A stretch of 64,000 bases of DNA, taken from positions 192,001-256,000 of the forward strand of contig OY970166.1 in the NCBI GenBank assembly GCA_963706595.1, written 5' to 3'. The DNA is from an uncultured cyanobacterium. GTDB lineage: Bacteria; Cyanobacteriota; Cyanobacteriia; Cyanobacteriales; Nostocaceae. Shown piece by piece: positions 11,500-21,443 of the stretch (the stretch's first letter is position 1; each line of letters begins with the position of its first letter). The position numbers and the translations under genes are program-made. Under the pieces are notes generated by a model. That model did not search any database, was not told where the DNA came from, and saw only the letters and a list, made by a program, of their open reading frames with translations.

Positions 11500-12675
11500 C
11501 TATCTCAGGGACTTTCTGATAAATTTATACTTAGTTTCAGAAACGCGATTTTTTTGACCATTTTGCTCAGTTTCGACAAGTTGAGCTTGAGTAAGACGCA
11601 ATTCATCTAACGCCAACTCCAAGCTCAGATTTTTCTCATTTAACTCCCGCGTTCGTTCACGGACTTTTTCTTCTAGTATCTGACTGTAGACTTCTAGCTG
11701 TTCGTTAGTATTATTTTGAACTTTGATCAGTTGCTGAACTTCCTGGATGAGACGATTCAGGGAAGCAGCCAAGATTCCCACTTCGTCATTAGTTGTGACT
11801 GGTGCTTGCAAATCAAAATTAGATTGCTCTATCACCTGTTGGGCAATATGGGTTACTGCTTGAATGGGACGAGCGATATTACGACTGGTGTAAATTGCTA
11901 ATAATGTGGCGATCGCAATTGATAGTGATAGACTAACGACAATAATGTACAGGCGTAATTTTTCAGCCCTTTGCAATTCCCAATTTGCTTGCTGATACTC
12001 CTCAGAGATTATTTCCACCAGGTTTGTGATGTCATCCAAAAAATCATCAATCATAAACACTGATGAACCATGCATAAAATTGAACAGTTGGGTTTGTGCT
12101 GTCTTAATCTCCCTTGGTGATAATTGATTGGGATTGTTATCGCTAAACAAAGCCTCTGTACGCTGTAAATAAATATCAAAGTCTTTGTAGTTCTGCAACA
12201 AACGATCAACTGCTTTTTGTTCAATTACAGAATCATAGATGATACTGTTCTCAGTGCTGTAGCTAGCTTTGAACTCAAACCAAACTTGTCTAGCTTGCTC
12301 AACATACTTCAGTAACAAAGTATATTGTTCTCGCCATCTTGTGGGTTGCTCCATGTATAAAATTAGCTTGTGTTGGTTTGTCCGCACACGAAACACAATG
12401 GTTTTTAGTTGATACATCTGATACAACTCTTCAATGGCGGCTTCTTCTCGCTTTTGCGCTTGTCGCTGATAATAATCTGCAATTAGAAACCCAATACTCG
12501 TTCCCAGTACAGCAATGCTCAAAAGCAGTCCATATCCCAAGCCAATCTTTTGAGCAACTTTCAAATGGCTGAACCAATATCGAGAATTGCTTGTGTTTGG
12601 ACTGGAGTTACTTGATTCTAAGGAACTACTGGACTGGCTACAAGCCAGTTCATCGAAGTTGTGATGCTGTTTCAT
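11500..12675 (-). CDS. Membrane sensor with HAMP domain, no kinase domain
   Basis: Two TM segments flanking an extracytoplasmic region; HAMP (IARPI..DEVGILAASLN); coiled coil ending LRLTQAQLVETE, then a short tail. Confidence 0.8.
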   Translation of the reverse strand: MKQHHNFDELACSQSSSSLESSNSSPNTSNSRYWFSHLKVAQKIGLGYGLLLSIAVLGTSIGFLIADYYQRQAQKREEAAIEELYQMYQLKTIVFRVRTNQHKLILYMEQPTRWREQYTLLLKYVEQARQVWFEFKASYSTENSIIYDSVIEQKAVDRLLQNYKDFDIYLQRTEALFSDNNPNQLSPREIKTAQTQLFNFMHGSSVFMIDDFLDDITNLVEIISEEYQQANWELQRAEKLRLYIIVVSLSLSIAIATLLAIYTSRNIARPIQAVTHIAQQVIEQSNFDLQAPVTTNDEVGILAASLNRLIQEVQQLIKVQNNTNEQLEVYSQILEEKVRERTRELNEKNLSLELALDELRLTQAQLVETEQNGQKNRVSETKYKFIRKSLR

Positions 12676-12769
12676 AGTTAACCACGACTCAGATGAACTT
12701 AAATGCGTTCCAGTCGGGGAAATGAAAATGAGGTTGATGCAAAAAAAGGCACTTGCTTTCTACTTTCTA

Positions 12770-13438
12770 CTAAGTTCGCAAGCGATAACCCATACCTCTA
12801 ACTGTCTCAATGACTTGGCTGCCTAATTTCTTGCGAAGATAACCAACATAGACATCAACAATATTAGAACCTGGATTATAGTCATAACCCCAGACGTAAT
12901 CTAATAATTGTTCTCGACTGATGATTTGTCCTGGATGGCGGCAAAACTTTTCTACCATTGCAAATTCACGGGCTGGTAATTCGATCAGGCGATCGCCTAT
13001 TTTCACTTGTCGAGTTCGCAAATCAAGGACTATGTTACCAGCTTTAAGGGTAAATTCTGCGGCATCTCTGACAGGTCTAGCACTTCGCAACCGTAACCGT
13101 ACCCGCGCTAGGAGTTCTTCAAAGCGGAAAGGTTTGGTGACATAATCATCTGCACCGCCTTCGAGTCCAGCCACTTTGTCATGAATGTCACTGCGGGCAG
13201 AGAGGATAATCACTGGTATGTCTTCCCCTTGTCCCCGTAGTTCTTCGAGGACTTGAAATCCATCTTTTCCAGGCAATCTCAAATCCAGAATTAACAAGTC
13301 AAATGTGCCACTCTGCACTACATCTAGTACGTACTGCCCATCTGCGACAATTGTAGTTGTGAACCCTTGCGATCGCAATCCTTTTTGAATAAATGAAGCA
13401 ATTCGCGGTTCATCTTCAACGATGAGGATATTGGGCAT
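12770..13438 (-). CDS. OmpR-family response regulator
   Basis: ILIVEDE, LDLRLPG, GADDYVTKPF, wHTH (NIVDVYVGYLRKK, ETVRGMGY); ATG at 13438 (alternative GTG at 13444). Confidence 0.93.
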   Translation of the reverse strand: MPNILIVEDEPRIASFIQKGLRSQGFTTTIVADGQYVLDVVQSGTFDLLILDLRLPGKDGFQVLEELRGQGEDIPVIILSARSDIHDKVAGLEGGADDYVTKPFRFEELLARVRLRLRSARPVRDAAEFTLKAGNIVLDLRTRQVKIGDRLIELPAREFAMVEKFCRHPGQIISREQLLDYVWGYDYNPGSNIVDVYVGYLRKKLGSQVIETVRGMGYRLRT

Positions 13439-15014
13439 AGGCACTCACTGTTTGCGGCGGATCGAGTGGTAAAACGATGGTAAACATGGAACCTTTTCCT
13501 AATTGACTGCGAAGTAATACTTCTCCATCGTGAGATTCGGCGATCGCGCGCACAATGGACAGCCCCAACCCTGCACCTTCTGAACGACGGCGACTGTTGG
13601 AAGTGCGGGCAAAGCGTTCAAAAATCCGTTTTTGATCAACCAGGGGAATGCCTTCGCCTGTATCATGTACCCAAAACCGCACCTTGCCTTTGGCGATCGC
13701 AGAACCTATGGAAATAGTATCACTCTCCCCTGTATGCTGAGTAGCATTTTGCGCCAAATTGATCACAGCTTCCGTAATTCTTTGGCGATCAACGACAATC
13801 TGACCTTTGGCGACAGCATCCAATTGCCAGTCCCTCTCTGCCAGTGCTTGGGCTTTGACAAATAATTCTTCAGTTAACTGTGCCACATTCACAGTTGTTA
13901 CCTGTAAAAAATCTGCCCGTTCTGCTTTTGCCAGCAAAATCAGATCATCAACCAAACGGCTCATCCTGTCTAGTTCGCTGATCACTAATGCCAAAGTTTC
14001 CTGTTGTTCTAGGGGATCATCTCCCATCAATTCTAAATGTCCGCGAATGATCGTGATCGGCGTTCTCAGTTCGTGTCCAGCATCATTGACAAATTCACGC
14101 TGACTGGCAAAAGCTGCTTCTAGCCTGTCCATCATTTCGTTAAATGTCTTGGCTAATTCTCCCAATTCCCCCCTGTCTCGCGTCGGTAAACGCTGAGTTA
14201 AATCTGATTCACTGATGGCATGAGCCGTAGTAATAATTATCCCCAGAGGCGCTAGTATGCGCCCCGCAGCTAACCAGGTGAGGATTAAAGACAAGATCAA
14301 CACTAAGCTAGCCGCTTCCACAAACACAGAAACTGCTTCTAAAGCTTCTTCCCTTTCCCCGGCTGTATTGTGGGCAACTACAAAAATTCCCCGTGTTTCT
14401 CCATTGATGGTAACGGGTTGCACCATGTAAAGAATCTGACTAAATTTAGGGGCAAAAAATTCTTTTTCGCCTCGTTCTGGTTGGGTTTGTTTTGCCCATC
14501 GTCTCATTAGTAGTGAGTCTCTGGCTAAAAGCTGGGGGCGAGCGCTAGGACTAGATTTGTAAAATTCACCATCGATAAATGTGATCAAGTAGGATTCATC
14601 TTCGGGTAGTCGATACAGCAGATAAGCTTGAAATAGTTGTTTTAAGTCTTCTTCAGAGTCTAAACGCTGCAATTGCTTTGACTCGATTACCATCTTTTCA
14701 GAGTTATGATCAGTCAGTCCATCCTGGGGAACAAAGCTTTTGCCGTCAATCAATGCCTGGAAAGCCATGATGTCTGCTTCCATATCCTGACGAACTCGCT
14801 GATCAATGCGCTGATAGAGCTGGTAACGAAATGCCGGAATTGCTACAAGAAATGTTATTCCTAAAATCAGTAAATACCAGAGCAAAATCCGGGTGCGGGC
14901 TTCCCCTAACACTTGCGGCCAAACTGTAAACAACTGAGATATTTTGGTGACTGATAAGCGTTCGGCAAAACCGCGCCGGAGGCGATCGCCAAAACGGTTT
15001 ATTGACCTGCTCAT
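13416..15014 (-). CDS. HAMP sensor histidine kinase, cognate to the adjacent regulator
   Basis: TM-sensor-TM-HAMP, HELRTPIT, NLAQNA, DTGEG, GAGLGL; overlaps the regulator start; true start may be downstream. Confidence 0.92.
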   Translation of the reverse strand: MSRSINRFGDRLRRGFAERLSVTKISQLFTVWPQVLGEARTRILLWYLLILGITFLVAIPAFRYQLYQRIDQRVRQDMEADIMAFQALIDGKSFVPQDGLTDHNSEKMVIESKQLQRLDSEEDLKQLFQAYLLYRLPEDESYLITFIDGEFYKSSPSARPQLLARDSLLMRRWAKQTQPERGEKEFFAPKFSQILYMVQPVTINGETRGIFVVAHNTAGEREEALEAVSVFVEAASLVLILSLILTWLAAGRILAPLGIIITTAHAISESDLTQRLPTRDRGELGELAKTFNEMMDRLEAAFASQREFVNDAGHELRTPITIIRGHLELMGDDPLEQQETLALVISELDRMSRLVDDLILLAKAERADFLQVTTVNVAQLTEELFVKAQALAERDWQLDAVAKGQIVVDRQRITEAVINLAQNATQHTGESDTISIGSAIAKGKVRFWVHDTGEGIPLVDQKRIFERFARTSNSRRRSEGAGLGLSIVRAIAESHDGEVLLRSQLGKGSMFTIVLPLDPPQTVSAYAQYPHR

Positions 15015-15250
15015 TTTTATGCCTTTTGATTTAAAGCTATTTAAATTCGGATCTTGTTGATCAACAAGTAATGTTTATTAAATTTACAGTTAATCCATTT
15101 AGGTTAACTTCGTTGATCAAAACTTGGCAGTAATTGTATAACTATTTAGGAAATATACATAATTTTTGGTTGAACAAAATTTGCCCATATCATATTTTTT
15201 AGCAAGTTTGAAATTTCGGTTTAAATTCTCCAATTCATTGAGTAATCAAA

Positions 15251-15282
15251 CATGAGAAAGTTCTCATGAAATTTTCATGAAA
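15251..15282. promoter_or_regulatory. Candidate response-regulator operator
   Basis: catgagaa-ag-ttctcatg palindrome overlapping an 11-bp tandem repeat ttctcatgaaa/ttttcatgaaa in the divergent intergenic region. Confidence 0.5.
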
Positions 15283-15710
15283 CTTGGATCAAAATTTGAT
15301 ATGTTACAGGATAGTGTTTAACTTTTCTTAAAAATTTAATAACCTATTCTTAATGTAGGTTTTCTAGAAAAAGTCTAAAAAAGGAGGAAATATCAAATTT
15401 CAGGCAAAATATCAGTAAATTATGCCCAAATAATGCATGATTAATCGCTAAACTTTGATGTGATTTAATTCTATTTAGTGAGTGTCATTTTCCATAATTT
15501 ATCAGGCTAATTTCCATAAATATAAAGTTATCTTTTTTAATAGTGTTGTTTCAATTGGGGAAATTTTTAGTCCAGCCTGACTAGCAAATTATCCACCTAC
15601 AGGCTGAAGTCTAAGACTGGTGAACTAAGCCTGCATAGGCAGGCTGATTATGTGGATATTGCCATCAAAATGGGAAGAATTACCGGATTAAACTTTTGTC
15701 AGGAGTGCAA

Positions 15711-16997
15711 ATGAACAACTTTTTCCCCCATTCTGGAGAGATCACCGGAGCTTCGGCTAAGGTCGCATCTTCAGAGGTGAATAATTTATCTAGTCATCCT
15801 GGTAAGTGGCGCATTGCTTTATATTCTCACGACACAATGGGGCTAGGACACAAACGCCGTAATTTGTTGATTGCTCAAACTTTAGGATGTTCACCCCTAG
15901 AAATTGATGTTTTAATGATTAGTGGCATCCCAGATGCGAGCAATGTCCCCACACCTCCAGGTGTAGATTGTTTGATTTTACCTGCTTTGCACAAAAACAT
16001 TCATGGGCAGTATCAAGCAAGAAAATTAGACCTGTCATTACAGGAAATTATTACATTGCGATCGCAAGTTATTTTAACCACAATCAAAACCTTTAAACCC
16101 GATATTTTTATTGTAGATAACGTCCCCAGAGGAGCAGTCAGAGAGTTAGATCCCACCCTAGATTACTTGCGTAACCAAGGAAAAACACGCTGCATTCTAG
16201 GTTTACGAGATATTTTAGATGAACCCGCTTCTGTGCGTCGAGATTGGAAGCGAGGAGCTAATGAGGAGGCAATTCAAACCTACTATGATGCAGTTTGGGT
16301 GTATGGTGATCCCGCTATTTATGACCTAGCAGCAGAGTATCACTTCCATCCGAAAACTTTGTCAAAAATTCGCTACACGGGCTACCTTGACCAGCGTAGC
16401 CGTCTCAAATTCATGGATATCGAAAGCGTGCAGGCATTTAAATCGCTGAATCTGCCATCGGCAAGATTAGCATTGTGCTTGGTAGGTGGTGGACAGGACG
16501 GAGCGCTGTTAGCAGCAGCATTTGCTCATGCTGAACTACCACCAGAGATGAACGGTATCATTTTGACAGGGCCGTTTATGCCGCGAAAAGTCAGACAACA
16601 ACTCCAGAAGTATGCTGCTAAACGTGATAATTTGCGGGTGTTGGAATATTTAGCCGAGCCGACGCTGTTGCTCAATCGCGCCGAACGGGTGATTTCTATG
16701 GGCGGTTACAACACAACTTGTGAATTGTTGTCATTTCAAAAGCGATCGCTGATCATACCGCGAACTAAACCCCGACGAGAGCAATTAATTCGTGCCGAAC
16801 GGTTACAGGCACTTGGTTTAATTGATATGTTGCACCCACGTAACTTAACATCTCAAGCATTAACAAACTGGTTAATGCAAAAAAGCGAGCCACCACAAGT
16901 TCGTAATTGTGTTGATCTCAATGGACTCAGCAGTATTGTCCAATTCGTCGATGAAATCCTGATGTCTGCTGATCATTCATCACAACAAGCCTCTTGA
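15711..16997 (+). CDS. Predicted glycosyltransferase (COG4671-like, GT-B fold)
   Basis: YSHDTMGLGH, LGLRDILD, VGGGQDG, MGGYNTTCE; AGGAG RBS before ATG at 15711. Confidence 0.82.
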   Translation: MNNFFPHSGEITGASAKVASSEVNNLSSHPGKWRIALYSHDTMGLGHKRRNLLIAQTLGCSPLEIDVLMISGIPDASNVPTPPGVDCLILPALHKNIHGQYQARKLDLSLQEIITLRSQVILTTIKTFKPDIFIVDNVPRGAVRELDPTLDYLRNQGKTRCILGLRDILDEPASVRRDWKRGANEEAIQTYYDAVWVYGDPAIYDLAAEYHFHPKTLSKIRYTGYLDQRSRLKFMDIESVQAFKSLNLPSARLALCLVGGGQDGALLAAAFAHAELPPEMNGIILTGPFMPRKVRQQLQKYAAKRDNLRVLEYLAEPTLLLNRAERVISMGGYNTTCELLSFQKRSLIIPRTKPRREQLIRAERLQALGLIDMLHPRNLTSQALTNWLMQKSEPPQVRNCVDLNGLSSIVQFVDEILMSADHSSQQAS

Positions 16998-17004
16998 ATA
17001 AAGA

Positions 17005-17121
17005 TATAGAAATTCTATTTGAGTTTTGAACAGGATTTTTTCTAACGCACCACTCCAGACACAGAGATCACAGAGGAAGAGAAAAAAGAGCAATGTTTAG
17101 GTCTTATTTAGGATGGCTATA
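17005..17121. mobile_element. MITE-like element
   Basis: Imperfect terminal IR tatagaaattctattt / atttaggatggctata; related end at about 45579. Confidence 0.55.
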
Positions 17122-17174
17122 GATGAGATAAGGGTTACTAAAATAGCACCTTCTTAAATTACGAATTACGAATT

Positions 17175-18425
17175 ATGACAAGTGTTGGTTATGTTCTCAA
17201 ACGTTATCCTCGATATTCTGAAACCTTCGTTGTTAATGAAATTTTAGCTCATGAAGCAGCTGGCTTAAATATAGAAATTTTTGCCCTCAGACCACCGTGT
17301 GACACTCACTTTCAAAATATTATTTCTCAGGTACGCGCGCCTGTAACCTACATTCGCAAGCCAATTCAAGGACGGGTGAGCGCATCACTCAATAGTCTGG
17401 CTCCTACAGCCGCGAGCTATTTTTGGGCAGAATTACAGGAAGCTAGTCAAGTTATCCCCGATTTTTGGTCAAAATTATCCATTGCTCAAGGTGAACCAGC
17501 CGGCACTGTTTACCAGGCTGCATGGTTAGCACGGGAAGCGCAACTCAAAGGTATTAGTCATTTACACGCTCACTTTGGCACTGTGGCTACCAGTGTCGCT
17601 CGCCTAGCATCTCACTTTACAGGCATTCCCTACACTTTCACGGCTCATGCTAAAGATATTTTTCATGAAAGTGTGGAATTTGCAGATATGGAGCGCAAGT
17701 TAAAGGATGCGGCGACTGTTGTCACTGTCAGTGACTATAATCTCAACTATTTACAAAAGAACTATGGTGTAGCTGCAAAGCAAGTTAAGCGCATTTACAA
17801 TGGCTTGGATTTACGACAATTACAATATTCTTCTCCGGCTAATCGTCCTCCCTTAATTATCTCAGTCGGTCGGTTAATCGAGAAAAAAGGGTTATCGATT
17901 TTGATTGATGCTTGTGCGATTTTGAAGCTGAGAAATTTGGCGTTTCAATGTCAAATTGTGGGTACAGGAACATCAGAAGCTGCACTCAAGCAGCAAATTC
18001 AAGATTTAGGATTGCAATCTCTTGTGGAAATTGTGGGGCCGCGTCCTCAAAATGAGGTGTTTCAATTGATGCAGCAAGGGGCTGTGTTTGCAGCGCCTTA
18101 TGTGATTGGCAAAGATGGTAATCGGGATGGTTTACCTACTGTTTTACTGGAAGCAATGGCTTTGGGAACTCCTTGTGTGAGTACCGATGTGACGGGGATT
18201 CCGGAATTGGTACGTGATCGGGAGACTGGGTTAATTGTGCCACAACATGATGCTGTGCAATTAGCGATCGCACTTGAAAAATTCCTGATTAATTCGGCTT
18301 TGCGGGTTGAGTTGTCAATTCGGGCTAGGGAGTTAATTGAAGCTGAATTTGATATTTCTCGTAATGCGGCTGTGTTACGAGGTTTATTTCTCACGCAGAG
18401 GCGCAGAGGCGCAGAGGAGGTTTGA
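17175..18425 (+). CDS. Glycosyltransferase family 4 (WcaL-like)
   Basis: YPRYSETFVVNE, HLHAHF, VGRLIEKKG, DGLPTVLLEAMA. Confidence 0.9.
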   Translation: MTSVGYVLKRYPRYSETFVVNEILAHEAAGLNIEIFALRPPCDTHFQNIISQVRAPVTYIRKPIQGRVSASLNSLAPTAASYFWAELQEASQVIPDFWSKLSIAQGEPAGTVYQAAWLAREAQLKGISHLHAHFGTVATSVARLASHFTGIPYTFTAHAKDIFHESVEFADMERKLKDAATVVTVSDYNLNYLQKNYGVAAKQVKRIYNGLDLRQLQYSSPANRPPLIISVGRLIEKKGLSILIDACAILKLRNLAFQCQIVGTGTSEAALKQQIQDLGLQSLVEIVGPRPQNEVFQLMQQGAVFAAPYVIGKDGNRDGLPTVLLEAMALGTPCVSTDVTGIPELVRDRETGLIVPQHDAVQLAIALEKFLINSALRVELSIRARELIEAEFDISRNAAVLRGLFLTQRRRGAEEV

Positions 18426-18428
18426 GAG

Positions 18429-19586
18429 GTGCGAGTTGCTTATGTTTGTGCTGATGCGGGAATTCCTGTTTTTGGGCAAAAGGGATGCTCTATTCATGTT
18501 CAGGAGGTGATACGAGCATTACTTGTGCAAGGTGGACAAGTGGATTTGTTTGCTACTCGGTTTGGGGGTGAGTTACCGGCAGATTTAATTAATGTTGCGG
18601 TTCATCAGCTTCCAGCTATTCCGAAACAAGAAAGGGCTGTCAGGGAGCAGGTGGCTTTGGCGATGAATCCTGATTTGGGTTTGGCTTTAGAGAAGGTTGG
18701 CTGTTTTGATTTGATTTATGAGCGTTATTCTCTCTGGAGTTATGGCGCAATGGAATTTGCAAAATCTAGGGGAATTCCGGGATTGTTAGAGGTAAATTCA
18801 CCTCTGATTGTAGAACAGGCAACTCATCGCGGTTTGATTGATCAACAAGGTGCTGAAACTGTTGCTCATCGCGTTTTTAACGCTGCTACTGCACTGATTG
18901 CTGTTTCGGAGGAGGTGAAAACTTATCTGATGAATTATGTGGATGAGTCTAAGGTTTATGTAATTCCTAATGGGGTAAATCCTCAGCGTTTTTCTGCTGT
19001 TGATTCTGCCGCTAAATTAGAAACCTTTACTGTGGGATTTGTCGGTACTTTGAAACCGTGGCACGGATTACCAATTCTCACTGAGGCTTTTGCTCTTTTG
19101 TCTGAACGTGTTCCTAATGCCAAACTTTTGATTGTTGGTGATGGCCCGGAACGAGAAAATCTGTCAGCGCAATTAGCTGCAAAAGGATTAGACACTCATA
19201 CCCAATTTACAGGGGCGGTGAGTCCTGAGCAAATTCCTCAATTGTTGGCAAAAATGGATGTTGCTGTTGCACCCTATGCGGCGCAGTCTGATTTTTATTT
19301 CTCACCGTTGAAGGTGTATGAATATATGGCGGCTGGTTTGCCTGTGGTTGTGAGCGGGGTTGGGCAATTGGTAGATTTAATTGATCCAGGGGTGAATGGT
19401 ATTCTCTGTCCTCCTGGTGATGCGATCGCCTTGACAAATGCTTTAGAAACATTATGGCGATCGCCTACTCTCCGCTATAGTTTAGGACAAGCTGCCCGCA
19501 ACACAGTCATCGCACATCATACTTGGGATGCGATCGCTCAAAAAATTCTCCATATAGCTGGACTCACTGTGGAGGTGAGACAATAA
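18429..19586 (+). CDS. Glycosyltransferase family 4
   Basis: YERYSLWS, IPNGV, FVGTLKPWHG, FSPLKVYEYMAAG; GTG start 3 nt after the upstream stop. Confidence 0.9.
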   Translation: MRVAYVCADAGIPVFGQKGCSIHVQEVIRALLVQGGQVDLFATRFGGELPADLINVAVHQLPAIPKQERAVREQVALAMNPDLGLALEKVGCFDLIYERYSLWSYGAMEFAKSRGIPGLLEVNSPLIVEQATHRGLIDQQGAETVAHRVFNAATALIAVSEEVKTYLMNYVDESKVYVIPNGVNPQRFSAVDSAAKLETFTVGFVGTLKPWHGLPILTEAFALLSERVPNAKLLIVGDGPERENLSAQLAAKGLDTHTQFTGAVSPEQIPQLLAKMDVAVAPYAAQSDFYFSPLKVYEYMAAGLPVVVSGVGQLVDLIDPGVNGILCPPGDAIALTNALETLWRSPTLRYSLGQAARNTVIAHHTWDAIAQKILHIAGLTVEVRQ

Positions 19587-21443
19587 ATGTCAAAACCTTC
19601 TGGTTTATGGTCAGTTCTAGCTTATTTTTGGCCTTACATTCGCCCCCAATCTGGACTAATTTCAATTTCTGCGATCGCTCTAATTGCAGATGTCGCCCTC
19701 CGGGTACTGGAACCCTGGCCGCTCAAGTTTGTCTTTGATTATGTTCTGATTCGGGACAATCCACCCACTAATATTCCCATAATTTCTGAACTAGAGCCAG
19801 TAACATTACTGACATTTTCAGCAGTTGCCGTTCTCATCCTTACCGGATTACGAGCCTTTGCTGCTTATTGGAGTACTGTCGGACTAGCAACAGTCGGTAG
19901 CCGAGTCATGGGTGAAGTGCGAAATCATTTATATCGTCATCTCCAAGATTTGTCTTTGGGTTATCACACTAAGGCTCGTAGCGGTGATTTAATTGTGCGT
20001 GTCAGTAGCGATGCTAGCCGTCTCCAAGAAATTATGATCACCGCAGCATTACCGCTAGTAGTCAGCATTCTCACCCTATTTGGCATGATTGGGGTAATGT
20101 TTTGGATGAATCCCAGCCTTACCCTACTGGCACTATTCACACTACCCTTATTTTGGTTAGTGACGCATCGACTCAGCCAGCAAATTCGAGAGTCTTCATT
20201 AAAGCAACGCAAACAAGAAGGGGCGGTAGCGGCGACGGCGGCTGAGTCTATTGCTGCTATTAAACTAGTTAAAGCCCTTTCGCTGCAAGATGCCTTTGCG
20301 CGAGTGTTTGCTCGACAAAATCAGCGCAGTCTCAAAGAAAGCGTCAAAACCCAACGGCTGGCGGCTCATCTAGAACGCACAGTTGATGCGGTGATTGCCC
20401 TGGGAACCGCAATTGTTTTATGGTACGGCTCCTGGCTGGCGCTACGCGATGCTTTAACACCTGGGGATGTGCTGGTATTTCTCACCTACCTGAAGAATGC
20501 CTTTAAGCCAGTTCAGAACTTCGCTAAGTACACTGCCAGACTGGCTAAAGCTGCTGCTTCTGGTGAGCGAATTTTAGATGTATTACAAGAGCAGCCTGAT
20601 GTCCGTGATGCGCCTGATGCAATTCCCGCCCCGATTTTTCGAGGTGCGGTGTGTTTTGATCACGTTGACTTTGCCTATGATTCAGGACAAGTTTTACTGC
20701 AAGATATTAACTTAAAAATTCAACCGGGACAGCAAGTCGCGATCGTGGGGACTTCCGGTGGTGGTAAATCTACGTTAGTCAGTCTATTATTACGCCTTTA
20801 TGACCCAACATCGGGACAGGTAATGATTGATGGGCGGGACATCAGAGAGTACACATTAGCATCATTACGTCCGCAAATTAGTGTAGTTTTGCAAGATAGT
20901 CTGTTATTTGCCGCTTCTATTCGAGAAAATATCGCCTACGGGATTGCTGGGGTGTCTGATGCGGAAATTGCAGAGGCGGCGCGTTTGGCTAATGTTCATG
21001 ATTTTATCGCAGGTTTACCGCAAGGATACGACACTCTGGTAGGGGAAAGAGGCGCAACCCTTTCTGGTGGACAACGCCAACGGATTGCGATCGCACGTGC
21101 GGCTATTCGTCAAGCTCCTATCTTGATTTTAGATGAACCAACTACGGGGTTAGATAAGGGGAATGAAAAGGCTGTGATTGCTGCGCTGCAAAGGTTGTCA
21201 GCAAATCGCACGACTTTTTTAATTACTCATGACCTTTATTTTGCAACTCGCGCAGATATTATTCTTTATTTGGAAAATGGGCGGGTGGTTGAACAAGGTT
21301 CTCATGGGGAATTGATGGCACAGAATGGGCGTTATGCGGCTTTGTATCAGGTGCAGAGTGCTATGGGAAATGAGGAATTAACTCACGCAAAGGCGCAAAG
21401 GCGCAAAGAGGAGAAGAATAATTATGACTGTTTTGGTGAGTGA
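19587..21443 (+). CDS. ABC exporter, fused permease/ATPase
   Basis: N-terminal TMD; Walker A GTSGGGKST, LSGGQRQR, ILILDEPT. Confidence 0.93.
   Translation: MSKPSGLWSVLAYFWPYIRPQSGLISISAIALIADVALRVLEPWPLKFVFDYVLIRDNPPTNIPIISELEPVTLLTFSAVAVLILTGLRAFAAYWSTVGLATVGSRVMGEVRNHLYRHLQDLSLGYHTKARSGDLIVRVSSDASRLQEIMITAALPLVVSILTLFGMIGVMFWMNPSLTLLALFTLPLFWLVTHRLSQQIRESSLKQRKQEGAVAATAAESIAAIKLVKALSLQDAFARVFARQNQRSLKESVKTQRLAAHLERTVDAVIALGTAIVLWYGSWLALRDALTPGDVLVFLTYLKNAFKPVQNFAKYTARLAKAAASGERILDVLQEQPDVRDAPDAIPAPIFRGAVCFDHVDFAYDSGQVLLQDINLKIQPGQQVAIVGTSGGGKSTLVSLLLRLYDPTSGQVMIDGRDIREYTLASLRPQISVVLQDSLLFAASIRENIAYGIAGVSDAEIAEAARLANVHDFIAGLPQGYDTLVGERGATLSGGQRQRIAIARAAIRQAPILILDEPTTGLDKGNEKAVIAALQRLSANRTTFLITHDLYFATRADIILYLENGRVVEQGSHGELMAQNGRYAALYQVQSAMGNEELTHAKAQRRKEEKNNYDCFGE

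Noticed and set aside
14958..14989. GC-rich 21-nt segment next to a HIP1 site at the kinase 5' end
   Set aside because: Resembles known HIP1-associated small dispersed repeats; single copy here and kinase start uncertain
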